DNA of 64,000 bases from a virus: positions 32,001-96,000 of the IMG/VR virus record IMGVR_UViG_3300037313_000284; one strand, given 5' to 3'. This document shows, piece after piece, positions 29,070-39,800 of the stretch. Position 1 is the stretch's first letter; every line of letters starts with the position of its first letter. The notes below the pieces were generated by a model that made no database searches, was not told the DNA's origin, and saw nothing but the letters and a program-made list of their open reading frames with translations. A program made the position numbers and the translations under genes.

Positions 29070-29621
29070 CTAGTCCCAGCCCGCGCTTGGATCGAAAGCA
29101 TTCAATCCACCAGCGTCTTCAGGAAGGGCGGCTTCTAATTCATTACTGCGGGTTCGGATAGCAATGATCTGTGCGTATTTATCCAGGGTCGCAGCTAACT
29201 CAGCTTGTTTGTCTTCCGGCCACACGCTAACGTCGCTGCCGTAAGCCGCTAGAGCCGCGAAACCCGCGCCCGCCGCATTTAGTTGTTTGTGCAGAGGCAT
29301 TAACTCGTAAATGCGGCGTTGCGCTTCCGCTTTGATTTGCGAAATACGCTTGAGGTAGATTTCAAGCACTTCCTCTTCGTTCCATGGGCGAATATTAAAC
29401 GTCCATGTGACTTCGGTAAGCGTTACCTCTTCCGTCGGAATAGGGTCTTTCTTATGTGTGGTTTCGTCGAACGGGACGTCATTAACACGTACGACAGGTA
29501 CCCACTGTGCCCGCTTTTCAGGTTGCAGAGTGGGTACCGCTTCGGTTTCAGAATCGAAGAGCTTAGTCTTAATAAGCACCAACTCTTCGGTATCGATCAG
29601 GGCGTAACGTTGAAGGCTCAT
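29070..29621 (-). CDS. Tail fibre assembly/chaperone-like protein
   Basis: FDETTHK...VTWT...IKAEAQRRI...Q.N...IRTRSNELE...W pattern; follows tailspike. Confidence 0.6.
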   Translation of the reverse strand: MSLQRYALIDTEELVLIKTKLFDSETEAVPTLQPEKRAQWVPVVRVNDVPFDETTHKKDPIPTEEVTLTEVTWTFNIRPWNEEEVLEIYLKRISQIKAEAQRRIYELMPLHKQLNAAGAGFAALAAYGSDVSVWPEDKQAELAATLDKYAQIIAIRTRSNELEAALPEDAGGLNAFDPSAGWD

Positions 29622-29635
29622 AGAAGTATTCCTTA

Positions 29636-31477
29636 CTAGGCGTCGTTCTCAGCCTTCAGGTTAATGTAAAGGCGAACTTCTTCGAGACGAACGTCTTGGT
29701 TCAATGTATCCGCTGCGTCACCCACAACGCGGGTAATCGTAATTATCAACGTGATCTTGCCGGACGTAGCGCCCGCTGCTGTAACGGCTGTGCTTTCCGG
29801 AGTGTAGTATTCGTTATTGCCCGTACCTGCTGTTTTAGTAACTACGACTTCTGTTCCACTAGCAGCGTCCTTAGCATAGTTATCAGCTAAGGCTACTGCC
29901 TTTAATCCCCACGCGACGCCACCAGCGCCCGTAGTTATTTGCGAGAACTTGACGTCGAACGTAAAGGGGCCGCCGTCCCAGCTAGACGGCATGGGGACAC
30001 GAGCTTGGGCTCTTTCTGGTGTCGTAGGGTCGAAATTGAGCGTCGACACCATGATTTTATTAGTCGGCAGTTCAACTTCTACAGCTTCAGGCCCGTTAGT
30101 TAACTGCCGGAAGAATTGCGACACATGAATTGGAAGCATGTGTTTATCAGGTGAGATTTGCTCACCGTTAACACGCACAGTGTTGCCCGTACCGGACGTA
30201 GCTCTACCGATTGTACTAGGGGAAGCTGAATTCTTATCGGTATCAATACGGCCAGTGTTATTAGATGACGTATTGCCGATATAGAACCCGTGAGTAGAGT
30301 AGTTAGTAGTACCGTGCGAACCGACACCAATAGAACACCCGTAGAATCGGTTATCATCCGATGCCCCGGATAAACACCAACCCGCACGAGTCTGTGCGCT
30401 GTTGTCAGAGCCAAGACCATCAGCCGGATACAGACACCCAGCGTCTGTAGCACGACAGCCAGTAAAATTGTTGCGCTTTGCGTCAAACAGATACCAAACG
30501 CAACCCCAACTTTCAGCACCTTCGCAATTCACAAAGTGATTGTTAGTAGCGCCGTTTAGCGACCAGCAGCAATACTCAGAAACAACGGCGTTGACCGGAG
30601 CGTAACCGCACCTAAAGCCTCGACAATTACTAAAGAAATTGCGAGTCGCACTAGTCCACAGATAAAACGCGGGGCCGTATGCTTGCGCGGTAACGTTAGA
30701 GAACGTGTGATCGTTGGAGTTAAGGTCGATCCCGTAGCCGCAATTGAAAATCGCGACGTCACTAACTGTCGTACGGCTGATGCCGAGTAGCTTAATCGCC
30801 GCTCGGCCGTACTCACGGATGACCAGATTATCAAGACCAGGCCTGTTATTACTAGTAGCTCCACTATAGTCTAGATTGATGCAGTCAATGTCTTTGAGAA
30901 CGTTGCCGCTTCCATCCGTGTGGAAATCACGCATGCCGTGGAAGATAACATTCTGGATATTGACTGAATCGAATAAAGACGCGGGTTTGACATGGTATTT
31001 ATTAACAGTAGCTGAGCCGGGCTTCAGGACTAACCCTGAAGCATTACGTCCGATACCAACAATCGGAGAAAAGCCATAAACCGTAAGCGGTCCGGTGATG
31101 TAGTAGTCATCCAGTAATACTGATCTGGAGTTGTGTGCGGCAGCGTAATTAATAGCGTTCTGCACTGCAACCGTATCGTCTTCGCCGATAAGCACCTGCG
31201 CGGTACCAGTCAACGCCAACACGGCGGGGGTAGCCAACGTAACTTGCGTAGCAGACGTGTAAGCTTGAATGGTGGTCGTAAGTACCTGACCGCTAGTATT
31301 AGCCACGGCTACGTAAATGGGGCGACCCACGTCAGTGGGTTTGAACGAACCAGCCGGGCCGGTAAGGACAGCAGAACCCGCTGTAGTCGTAGCGCCGGAA
31401 ATACGGCGCGCGCCGCCTACGGCACCAAACCGTTTCGGTGTAATAATACCTAAACGCTCAGTCGTGATCGTAACCAT
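29636..31477 (-). CDS. Pectin-lyase-like tailspike / depolymerase
   Basis: PKRFGAVG; DDTVAVQNAI; repeated N.F.(N/G)C beta-helix rungs; C-terminal beta-sandwich. Confidence 0.75.
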   Translation of the reverse strand: MVTITTERLGIITPKRFGAVGGARRISGATTTAGSAVLTGPAGSFKPTDVGRPIYVAVANTSGQVLTTTIQAYTSATQVTLATPAVLALTGTAQVLIGEDDTVAVQNAINYAAAHNSRSVLLDDYYITGPLTVYGFSPIVGIGRNASGLVLKPGSATVNKYHVKPASLFDSVNIQNVIFHGMRDFHTDGSGNVLKDIDCINLDYSGATSNNRPGLDNLVIREYGRAAIKLLGISRTTVSDVAIFNCGYGIDLNSNDHTFSNVTAQAYGPAFYLWTSATRNFFSNCRGFRCGYAPVNAVVSEYCCWSLNGATNNHFVNCEGAESWGCVWYLFDAKRNNFTGCRATDAGCLYPADGLGSDNSAQTRAGWCLSGASDDNRFYGCSIGVGSHGTTNYSTHGFYIGNTSSNNTGRIDTDKNSASPSTIGRATSGTGNTVRVNGEQISPDKHMLPIHVSQFFRQLTNGPEAVEVELPTNKIMVSTLNFDPTTPERAQARVPMPSSWDGGPFTFDVKFSQITTGAGGVAWGLKAVALADNYAKDAASGTEVVVTKTAGTGNNEYYTPESTAVTAAGATSGKITLIITITRVVGDAADTLNQDVRLEEVRLYINLKAENDA

Positions 31478-31974
31478 TATTGATACACCCTAACGATAAT
31501 AGTACCACTAGCGATTTCGCAGATCGCTTGCACGGCTCCCAGATAATCCGCCGCGATTGCAGCCTCTTCTTCTGGACCAATAATAACGTCGTACGAACCC
31601 GACGTGAAAGCCGCTGGTGACGTAGAGGCCGCGCAACGAATAGCAATGTCCCCAGGTGTCTTGTTAATAATTTGAACGCCCGGTGGTAGGCGGGAGGTTT
31701 GCTCGATGACGAGTTCTTGAGAACTAGTTGAGGCCGCTACCGACGATGCAATAACATCGGTTACCACATCAACTGAACCCCCACCGCCACCTCCGCCGCT
31801 GGGAGCGGTTACGTTACTACCGAGTTTAACCACTACTAATTGCTCAGTAAGGATTGCGGGATTCAAATCCGCAGGCAGCGACGGTAGGTTGAGTACCGTT
31901 GTCGCGCCTGCGGCTAGCGTAAGCGAAGTAGATGAATAATTAGCACCGTTATTGGTGACTTGATAGTAAGGCAT
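31477..31974 (-). CDS. Small virion protein with shared N-terminal module
   Basis: MPYYQVTN...LTLAAGAT...LPADL; poly-Gly linker. Confidence 0.6.
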   Translation of the reverse strand: MPYYQVTNNGANYSSTSLTLAAGATTVLNLPSLPADLNPAILTEQLVVVKLGSNVTAPSGGGGGGGSVDVVTDVIASSVAASTSSQELVIEQTSRLPPGVQIINKTPGDIAIRCAASTSPAAFTSGSYDVIIGPEEEAAIAADYLGAVQAICEIASGTIIVRVYQ

Positions 31975-31985
31975 ATGTCCACCTA

Positions 31986-33884
31986 CTAAAGATTGAGCTT
32001 GGCGCGCGCCTTGCTATACGGAACCAACTTCACGCCGCTGGCCTTAGCCTTATCCATTTTCGTCGACGTTTCTCCGTCGGCGTAGATGACGTGCGTAGTG
32101 GCTTTAGTAACACTTCCTGCGATAGTTCCGCCCTTAGCTTCAATGGCTCGCTCCATTTCCTTGTCGCGAACCTTAGTGAAGACAATAACTGCGCCAGTGA
32201 GCGGACCTTTGACGGTGGCTTTCTTCGTCTTCTTAGCAGGTTTAACCGGAAGACTATTGAACCAATTGACCCAAGCTTTCCAGCGACCCGCGACGTCAGC
32301 AGCGCTAGTATCTGACCACCCGGCTAACGAAGCCAATTCCGCACGTAACTCGCGCACGTTTTTAGGCTTTTGGTTAGTCATAACGTCCCATAGATCGCGG
32401 GCGCTACTTTCACCGAAACCTTGTCCGAACACTCCGCTATACGCCATTAACTTTGGAATGGCTGCGGATTGTAGCGCCTTGCGGATACCGTCTGGAATCT
32501 TCTGCGCAGCGGAATTGCCAGCGCCTCGGTCAAGCCAATCGTCGTAGTCCATCGAAATGACTTCCGGAATGGACTTCTCTGCTACCAGTGTAGCGATAGC
32601 TGGACCGAAACCCGTCACGCCGATCTTATTAAAGAAGATTTGCAGTTGCTTGGCGTTGGACTCACTGGCGTGGTCCTCTTGCAGGGTAGTGATATTAACC
32701 TTGTTGGCGTCCCACTGATAGGTTTTAGCCTTAGGGAACGAAGCCATCGCAGCCTTGCGCGTAACCTCGACAATGTACGGTATAACGCCACCAGACCGAA
32801 TGATTTCTACTTCAGCGCCGGGTCCTAGCTTGTTGACCTTTACGTACTTCGCGTTGTGCGCAGTAGCTTTAGTAACTGTCACGCCGTCGATCTTGACGGG
32901 TTTGATGATCGCGACCGGTTTCAGTTGTCCGTATCGCGAAACTTGCCAATCAACGCTAACCACCTCGGTCTTGATACCTGCGGTGTTGACCTTGAAAGCA
33001 AATGCCCGCTTGGGGTTACTAAGCTTGGGTTCTTCAGCGACGTTCGCAGCAACCACAATACCATCAATCGCGTACCGCGACTTAGACGACCAACTGTTAT
33101 AGATAGCAGTCAGCTTCTTTTCGGTAAGGTCGGCGATACTAAACTTCTGATGGACCGGCACATGCCAACCCGCGCTCTTCAGTTTCTTGAACGCACGTTC
33201 CGGAGCTAAAGCAGGAACCATGTACGAAAGCGCGATAGCCATAGCGCGCTTGAGCACTTTCAGGTTAGGGGCACTGGAGTTAACAATACTCGCAATGGCG
33301 TTGCGTTCCACTTCCGGATCGCCCTCGTCCTCCATATCCTTCAGAGAACCACGCGGCATTACTAATTCAAAACGGATGACTTCGCCGTTAGCGATACGGC
33401 CCAGCAGTTTGTACTTGGTCAAAGGCTCGATCAGGTGCGAAACATCGACCCCGACGCCATCTTTACCTCTAGTAACTAGCTGCTTTACGCCCTTAGCGTT
33501 GCAGCGGTATTGCAGGCTGAAGCCGTCCACCTTCTCGGAAACGATAGCCTCACTAGCCGAGCCGATCTTGGCCTTTACGCGATTAGTAAGGTCTTTGGCG
33601 TACGCCTTATCTAGGCTGGACATAGGCGTTTCATGCCGCACCTTACGCGCGCTAGCGTGTTTAACTTTCGGGGCTGCGCCAACTTGCTTCTCAATGTCCG
33701 GGTAGAACGGCTTGAGCTTTTTAGTAAGCCGATCAAACTCCGCGTCAGACATGATGGAAGCGCCGTTGTGGTACGCAGTATTAGCCACGTTCCAGCGGGT
33801 ATAATCCTTCTTAGCATCCGCCTTAGTGTACGCGGCTTCTTCGATAGCCTCGACGGCTTTGGTAGATGGAAAGAGAGAGCGCAT
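31986..33884 (-). CDS. ligA: NAD-dependent DNA ligase (no Zn finger seen, C-terminal BRCT)
   Basis: AYH...MSDAEFD; VRH.TPM.SLDK; EKVDG; RNA; IDGIVV; AFK; WQVSRYG.LKP; AT.HN; RSG.VIP.I; FT..R...GG....V...T BRCT. Confidence 0.92.
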   Translation of the reverse strand: MRSLFPSTKAVEAIEEAAYTKADAKKDYTRWNVANTAYHNGASIMSDAEFDRLTKKLKPFYPDIEKQVGAAPKVKHASARKVRHETPMSSLDKAYAKDLTNRVKAKIGSASEAIVSEKVDGFSLQYRCNAKGVKQLVTRGKDGVGVDVSHLIEPLTKYKLLGRIANGEVIRFELVMPRGSLKDMEDEGDPEVERNAIASIVNSSAPNLKVLKRAMAIALSYMVPALAPERAFKKLKSAGWHVPVHQKFSIADLTEKKLTAIYNSWSSKSRYAIDGIVVAANVAEEPKLSNPKRAFAFKVNTAGIKTEVVSVDWQVSRYGQLKPVAIIKPVKIDGVTVTKATAHNAKYVKVNKLGPGAEVEIIRSGGVIPYIVEVTRKAAMASFPKAKTYQWDANKVNITTLQEDHASESNAKQLQIFFNKIGVTGFGPAIATLVAEKSIPEVISMDYDDWLDRGAGNSAAQKIPDGIRKALQSAAIPKLMAYSGVFGQGFGESSARDLWDVMTNQKPKNVRELRAELASLAGWSDTSAADVAGRWKAWVNWFNSLPVKPAKKTKKATVKGPLTGAVIVFTKVRDKEMERAIEAKGGTIAGSVTKATTHVIYADGETSTKMDKAKASGVKLVPYSKARAKLNL

Positions 33885-33910
33885 TTGTTAGACCCTAATA
33901 AACACGGAAT

Positions 33911-33935
33911 GGGAGGGGTCGAAGAGACCCCTCCC
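33911..33935. terminator. Hairpin after portal gene
   Basis: gggaggggtc-gaaga-gacccctccc. Confidence 0.5.
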
Positions 33936-33938
33936 TTA

Positions 33939-35750
33939 TTAATCTTCAATGCCAGCCTTGATCTTGGCATTGTGAGTTTCCGCAACACGCGCTAGCGCCT
34001 CGGCGATAGTCTTGTGTTGCTTGTCACGTAGTAACCTCTTACCGAGCGCGGTAGAAGGACGCATACGTTTAGTCCCGACTTCCTGATACGGCTCCATGGC
34101 TTCAGCCGTTTCGTCGTCGTAAGAACGACCGAGAATACCAACAGGTTGTGTCAAGTCACTAAACATAGCGAACTCATCACCACCCGGCGCGCCGTCACCT
34201 TCGACTAAAGGCTTCGGCATAATATCTCGGATATCTTCGATGTATTTAGCTAGGCGCTTACGGTCATCCAAGTCTTGCTTGTGGTTTTCCATAACCGCTT
34301 CGAAATCCATACCACCAGCCGCGAACAACGCGCGGATAGGTGCAGGGACATTACGCTCTTCTAGTAAGTTGAGCATTTCGATATAGGCTTGGTCACCCTC
34401 AGGCATTAGCGACTGACGCCAAGTGATCTTAGGCGTGTCGTACAGACTGACGTTAGTAATCGTGTTGGCAGCGTTGGCCGCCACTTCTAGCGCAGTGAGT
34501 TGCCCGCGTTCTTTGCCCGCGCCTTTGATCATATAGTCATTGGCTTTAGCGATCTGCGGGAAAATCTTGCGATACATCAACTGTTCGGTAACTTGGTTCC
34601 GCTCAGTCTTAATCGTTTGCAGGAACGTGGAAATCGCCACTTCCGCGTTATTAAACGTAGCGTCGCCCGATAGGAACGACTCAGACACGCCCAGCGAACG
34701 AAGCTTAAAAGCAACAGTCTGTTCGAAGCTATCCGTGATCCGCCAGAAATCAGTCGGGTTACGAACCTCGTTAGGGCTAATACCTTCACGCGTAACGACG
34801 ATAGCGCCTAGCGGGTCAGCGTCTGCGTTATTAAATAGCTCTGCGATCTGCTGCATTTCCTCAGGCGAGGCTAACCATTGGTCGCCCATACCTGCGGTGA
34901 TGTGCAGAATACCGCGTTGCCTACGGTGCGCCGCTTCAATCGTGCCACGAGTTAGCGCACGTTCGATCAAGAAGATCGGCAGGATGCGGTGCAGGATACT
35001 ATTAAACCGAGGATCGGGACCGGGGCGGTCAATCCACACCACGCTATCCATCGGAACCGGAATAACCTTCGCGCCCTTCTGTTGCAAGAATTGCGGAATG
35101 TTCTTCTTAATGTCGGCTAGACGATCATCGTTGCTGTTAATAATGTCCGAAAGGAAATCATTAAGCTGGATATCGACCACCGGGTCCATACCGAACACCG
35201 GTGAATAGATGATCTTAGAAACGGCCATACGCGAGTACGGCAACATGCTGTCGTAGGTCTTCTTAGCGCCGTTCCAGTCAAGCATGCCTAGGAACGCACC
35301 TTGCACGTCGCGTTCGATAGCCAATCGCGGCATGACCGTACGCAGCCGCATATTGTCAACGGCCTCTTCATACTTCTGAATGCGAGACTTTTCTACGCCG
35401 TGAACTGCGAAGTCGCCGTACGGGATATTAGCGCGTAGATCGATAGCGGGACCACAAATACTATCTTCACGATACAACGCGTTATAGTATTTATAAATCT
35501 CGGGAGGAGCGTTAGACGACGAGCCGCCTTTGTTAGAACTAGACGAACCGCCAATGTAATTCAGCGATAAGTCTTCGTCAGTAATCCCGCCCATTGCCGC
35601 TGACGACGTGCTAGTGCTACTAGCAGTCTCACGAAACCGCGCGATCTCATTACCGGAACGGAATTGCCCGGCACTATTAGCCATTGAAGTTTCGCGACCT
35701 GCGACGACGTTACGGCCTTGAAGCTGGTATTTACTTAGTCCGCTGAACAT
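33939..35750 (-). CDS. Portal protein
   Basis: YNALYREDSICGPAID...P; SILHRIL; LRSLGVSESFLSGDATFNNAEVA; size about 600 aa. Confidence 0.8.
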   Translation of the reverse strand: MFSGLSKYQLQGRNVVAGRETSMANSAGQFRSGNEIARFRETASSTSTSSAAMGGITDEDLSLNYIGGSSSSNKGGSSSNAPPEIYKYYNALYREDSICGPAIDLRANIPYGDFAVHGVEKSRIQKYEEAVDNMRLRTVMPRLAIERDVQGAFLGMLDWNGAKKTYDSMLPYSRMAVSKIIYSPVFGMDPVVDIQLNDFLSDIINSNDDRLADIKKNIPQFLQQKGAKVIPVPMDSVVWIDRPGPDPRFNSILHRILPIFLIERALTRGTIEAAHRRQRGILHITAGMGDQWLASPEEMQQIAELFNNADADPLGAIVVTREGISPNEVRNPTDFWRITDSFEQTVAFKLRSLGVSESFLSGDATFNNAEVAISTFLQTIKTERNQVTEQLMYRKIFPQIAKANDYMIKGAGKERGQLTALEVAANAANTITNVSLYDTPKITWRQSLMPEGDQAYIEMLNLLEERNVPAPIRALFAAGGMDFEAVMENHKQDLDDRKRLAKYIEDIRDIMPKPLVEGDGAPGGDEFAMFSDLTQPVGILGRSYDDETAEAMEPYQEVGTKRMRPSTALGKRLLRDKQHKTIAEALARVAETHNAKIKAGIED

Positions 35751-35769
35751 AGCGTCTCGCCTTTATTTA

Positions 35770-35976
35770 TTAACCTGCGTCGCGAATGGGAAACACAGTA
35801 CGGCTAGCAGGATGGAATAGCGCTTGGATAGGTTGTTCGTTAACGCCACCGACGACGCACTTGAGTTCTTGCCCGGTAGGATTAGCACCAACCGGCTTGC
35901 GCTTAGGGATATTAATCAAATGCGAAGCCTGTTCGCGATGAATATCCAGAGGCGACACATAGGGTTTATCGCTCAT
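35770..35976 (-). CDS. Small hypothetical protein upstream of portal
   Basis: AGGAGG RBS, TAATTT motif at 36002-36007. Confidence 0.6.
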   Translation of the reverse strand: MSDKPYVSPLDIHREQASHLINIPKRKPVGANPTGQELKCVVGGVNEQPIQALFHPASRTVFPIRDAG

Positions 35977-36065
35977 AAGACTAACCTCCTAATCAATAGT
36001 TAAATTAGACTGAAAAGCAAACAACCCCCGCATGATTTCCATGCGAGGGCTGCTGATTTAACTTA

Positions 36066-36830
36066 TTAAGCTTCCGATTCCGAGGCTTCTTCGACTTCCT
36101 CAACCGCCGGTTCAGCGGTTTCAAGGTATTCGATTTGCGACGGTTCTAATAGGTTATTAGACGGAACATGGTTGAAGAACTTCATCATTTCCGGCACGTA
36201 GCGACACATAATCTGCCACGCTTCGTTATTATCCTCACCTAGATAGCCATGCACACGTTGAGCATAACCAATCCAAGCGCCGGGAAGTTGTTCCACCGTT
36301 TCTTCCACGGTGACTTCAGGTTCTTCACTAACTTCGTTGACGGCGTTAGCCTTATCAAGATCGAATTGCGGAAGTGGGCCACCTAGTAACGCCACAGCGC
36401 GATCAACTGCCATCTTTTCCAAGGCTTCGCGACGGATATTCTCTTCTCGAACGCGCAAATTGAATTCCATTTCTTCAGCGTTCATGGAATTAATCTCGGA
36501 ACGACGACGGTTGGCTTCCTCTAGACGAAGTTCATCGTTATCGGGCTGGTCAATAACTTCCTCAGACGGCTTTTCTTCGGGAGTCTCTTCTGCCTCAACG
36601 GTTTCTTCAGGAGCAGCCTCTTCCGAGGTTTCTTCCGTTTCAACGGTTTCTTCCTCGGACATGGAATCGTTTTCCGACTCCGAGCCCTCAGTGTTATTAT
36701 CGGATTCTGTCGAAGTGACCGAATCTTCCCCTGCCCCGCCAAGTAACGACGTGGGGACAGTGATCATTCCAGAAGTGGTATCAGATTGCGTATCGCTCAT
36801 AGCTCGCTGCCTATTCTTTCGCTTAGCCAT
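36066..36830 (-). CDS. Highly acidic hypothetical protein
   Basis: E/T-rich repeats, coiled coil; LETAE near C-terminus. Confidence 0.65.
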   Translation of the reverse strand: MAKRKNRQRAMSDTQSDTTSGMITVPTSLLGGAGEDSVTSTESDNNTEGSESENDSMSEEETVETEETSEEAAPEETVEAEETPEEKPSEEVIDQPDNDELRLEEANRRRSEINSMNAEEMEFNLRVREENIRREALEKMAVDRAVALLGGPLPQFDLDKANAVNEVSEEPEVTVEETVEQLPGAWIGYAQRVHGYLGEDNNEAWQIMCRYVPEMMKFFNHVPSNNLLEPSQIEYLETAEPAVEEVEEASESEA

Positions 36831-36854
36831 TTGGTTGATCTGTTACTAACAGGA

Positions 36855-36878
36855 AGGAGGCGGGATATCCCGCCTCCT
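36855..36878. terminator. Perfect 24-bp palindrome / terminator
   Basis: aggaggcgggat|atcccgcctcct. Confidence 0.55.
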
Positions 36879-36889
36879 ATTAACCCCGT

Positions 36890-39800
36890 TTACTTAGAAC
36901 CCCGTACAACACCGTTGTAGCTGAGGCTCCAAACACGCTTACCATTGCTCGTTAGCATAAGGCCCTCGTCGGCATCGAACTTAGCCTTGGTGGGATAACC
37001 CAACTCGACGTATTCGCTTTCGGGAGCGTCCTTATAAGGCGACAGAGCAAAGTGATCACTACGAGTCTTACGAACCCACATCGGAGCACCAACTTTGACG
37101 CCTTCAATCGGAGCGCCATTATTAGTAATCAGCGTGATCGTAGCCCGCCCGCAGTTCTTAAGGAAGAACATGAACTCGTCAAAGTCTTCCACAACCGGGT
37201 TGTGCTTTTGCTCAGGCCATTCTTCAATCGTGATATCATCGTCGTCATCGTCGAGGCTGATAGGCTTCTTAGCACCACCAGTCGGACGCGCCGGACGAAC
37301 GTCAGTAATAGTAGCCGCAGGTTTCGTTGGCTTACTAATAGCTGGTAGTTCGATATGACCGCCGTTAATAGTGTCAAACGACGCCAGGAACTCTTCCGGG
37401 TCTTCCAGAATGTCCCCATCGGCAATGATTTTCTTCGCTTCTTTCTTGGCTTCAGAAATATTGCGATAGAACTTCACGCCCATGTCATCGAACTTCTGCA
37501 CCTTCTCGGTGTTCGGAATTCCCTGCATCAGTTTGCCGAGAATGCTTAGCACGTTGAACGGATGCTTACTAATCGAAGCGCACAGGTAGAATTCACCCTT
37601 CTGCACGATTGGGTAGAGGCGGAACGTTTGCGGGTCTCGCGAGGAGGCCCGTGTCGGAACGCGCTTCTGTTCCACTTTCATGAAGTTAGTGATTTCCGAG
37701 AAATCGTACGGCTCGACCTGACGCAGTTTACCACGCGAAGACAGGCCTTGCGCCACACCTTCAATCTCAGCCATGAGATTGCGAGGAATGACGTAGTTTG
37801 CCTTACTAACACGCGCTAAGAACACATCAAGAGCCTTGCGGTTCTTGAACCCAACTCGCGCCATATCAGGGAAAGGCTTGAACCCGTAGCGAGTATAAAG
37901 AGTATCCATCGCGTTGCCTTCAGCGGTATCGTAACCAACGATGGCAAGTTGACCGTTAATAGCGAGAGCTTGAAGAGCCACGGTTGCTTCCGTTTCCTCT
38001 TCTTCGTCCTCTTCCTCTTCGTCCTCGTCTTCGAATTCCTCTTCCTCGATTAACGTATCAATCGGGTCTTCCGGTTCCTCGTCTTCTAGTTCGTCTTCAA
38101 GCCCAAGCAGATCGATATCGTCTTCATCGAAGTCGTCATCGCCAGCCTCGAAATCAGTAAACTCAGGCTCAGGCGTGTTACGCCCGCGCTTGCGCTTATC
38201 TGCCTCTTGGCGTTGCTCGTTAGTAATCGGCTTGTGCTTCGGCATGCGAACCGGAGCGCCAGACTTACCTCTGATCGCGTTAGCTAACGTCTTAGCGCCT
38301 TCCTCATCCATCGGCACGTAAACGCACGTCTTCGGGAGACGAACACGCTTCATCTTCTCGCCCTTAGAAGGCGGAAGGCCGGGGATGCGGATAGTAAGAC
38401 GGTGACCATTACGCAGAATGCCATCAACGATACCAGGACCGAATTCGGTCATCACGTAATCGCCGATTTTGATTTCTACGTTGTCAATAACCGAAGGATC
38501 GTCGTCTTCATCTTCGGGGCCGTCACCTTCCTCGTCGCTATCTTCGTCCTCGTCACTGACGGGCACGGTTAGCGAACGAATGGGCTGCATATCAAACCCC
38601 ATGGGGTTAATAGGCTGGACACCCGGTAGCCACGGAACGTAGCACGACGCCGAACCGGGAATGGCTTCCCCTTCAATCGTCGGCACAACCACAGCCGCAA
38701 CGAAGTCTTTAACGCTTAGCGGACGACCAGCGTCATCTAGTAACGTTTGACCGGTAAGCGACTCAACTTCACGACCAATCTTTTTCGTTTCCTCAAGAGA
38801 CGATTGCTGGAACCAGTTATTATACTTCTTTTGTTGTTCGAAGTATTGGTTCAGCAGTTCCTCGGGGAACGATTGAATGATCTTCATCGACATGCGAACG
38901 GGCGGCAGGATTTTAACGTCGCCCTTAAAGAACGTATTGCGGAAGCTCGGCACGTAACCGAATTCCACCATCGCGTTATTAAACTTCTTCGCTAGCAGAC
39001 GAGCGATACGCAAGTCGTCAATCGTCGGAGCGCCGGAAGGCTTAGTGGCAACGATAATGTCGTAACCAAGGCTATCACGGTTGAACTTACCGAACGGATC
39101 GGGACGGCGGATACGTGCTAACGATTGGGTTTCACCACCCGGCGTCCAGACTTGCTGCATGCGGATGATACGCGAACCCACTTGGAGGTTGTGACCTTCC
39201 GAGATACTAATCTCGTCGGCAACCATGAAGCGGATTTTGTCGTCAGTCTTGAACTGCTCGACCTTATCGAACGCGCCCGCTTGATAACGCACGGAACGCT
39301 TCTTTAGATCGGGCGGCATGTTATCCCAAACGTGCTTACCAACGAACTTGTTGGGAGCCATCAGGATTACTTTGTTGCCAGGATCAGCACGGTAGGTCGG
39401 GGCATGCTCTTTAATAACAGCAAGCTTACCCTTTTCATCCATGTGCGCGTACATAAGATCGTACGCGTACGCTGCCTTGACCGAAATCAGATCGTCAGCC
39501 TCAGGAATAGCGAGTTCCAGCGTTCCAGGCTCGGCTTCTTCACCGTCATTCTTGAACTTGAACTCTTCGTAGACGAACGTGCCGTCCACGAAATCATTAA
39601 ACTGCGTAGGATCGTTGACAAACCGGTCAATAACCGAGAAGTGCTTACGCACCACGCGTTCAATCTTATTGCTGATCGCGGGATCGTCGTCACCGCTCTC
39701 AACTTTTTCCAGATCACCCTTAACCGCCTTGTCGTCTTTGATGCGGCTAATAGCTTTTTGGAACAACAGATTGTAATAACGCGTTTGCAGTTCGGTCATC

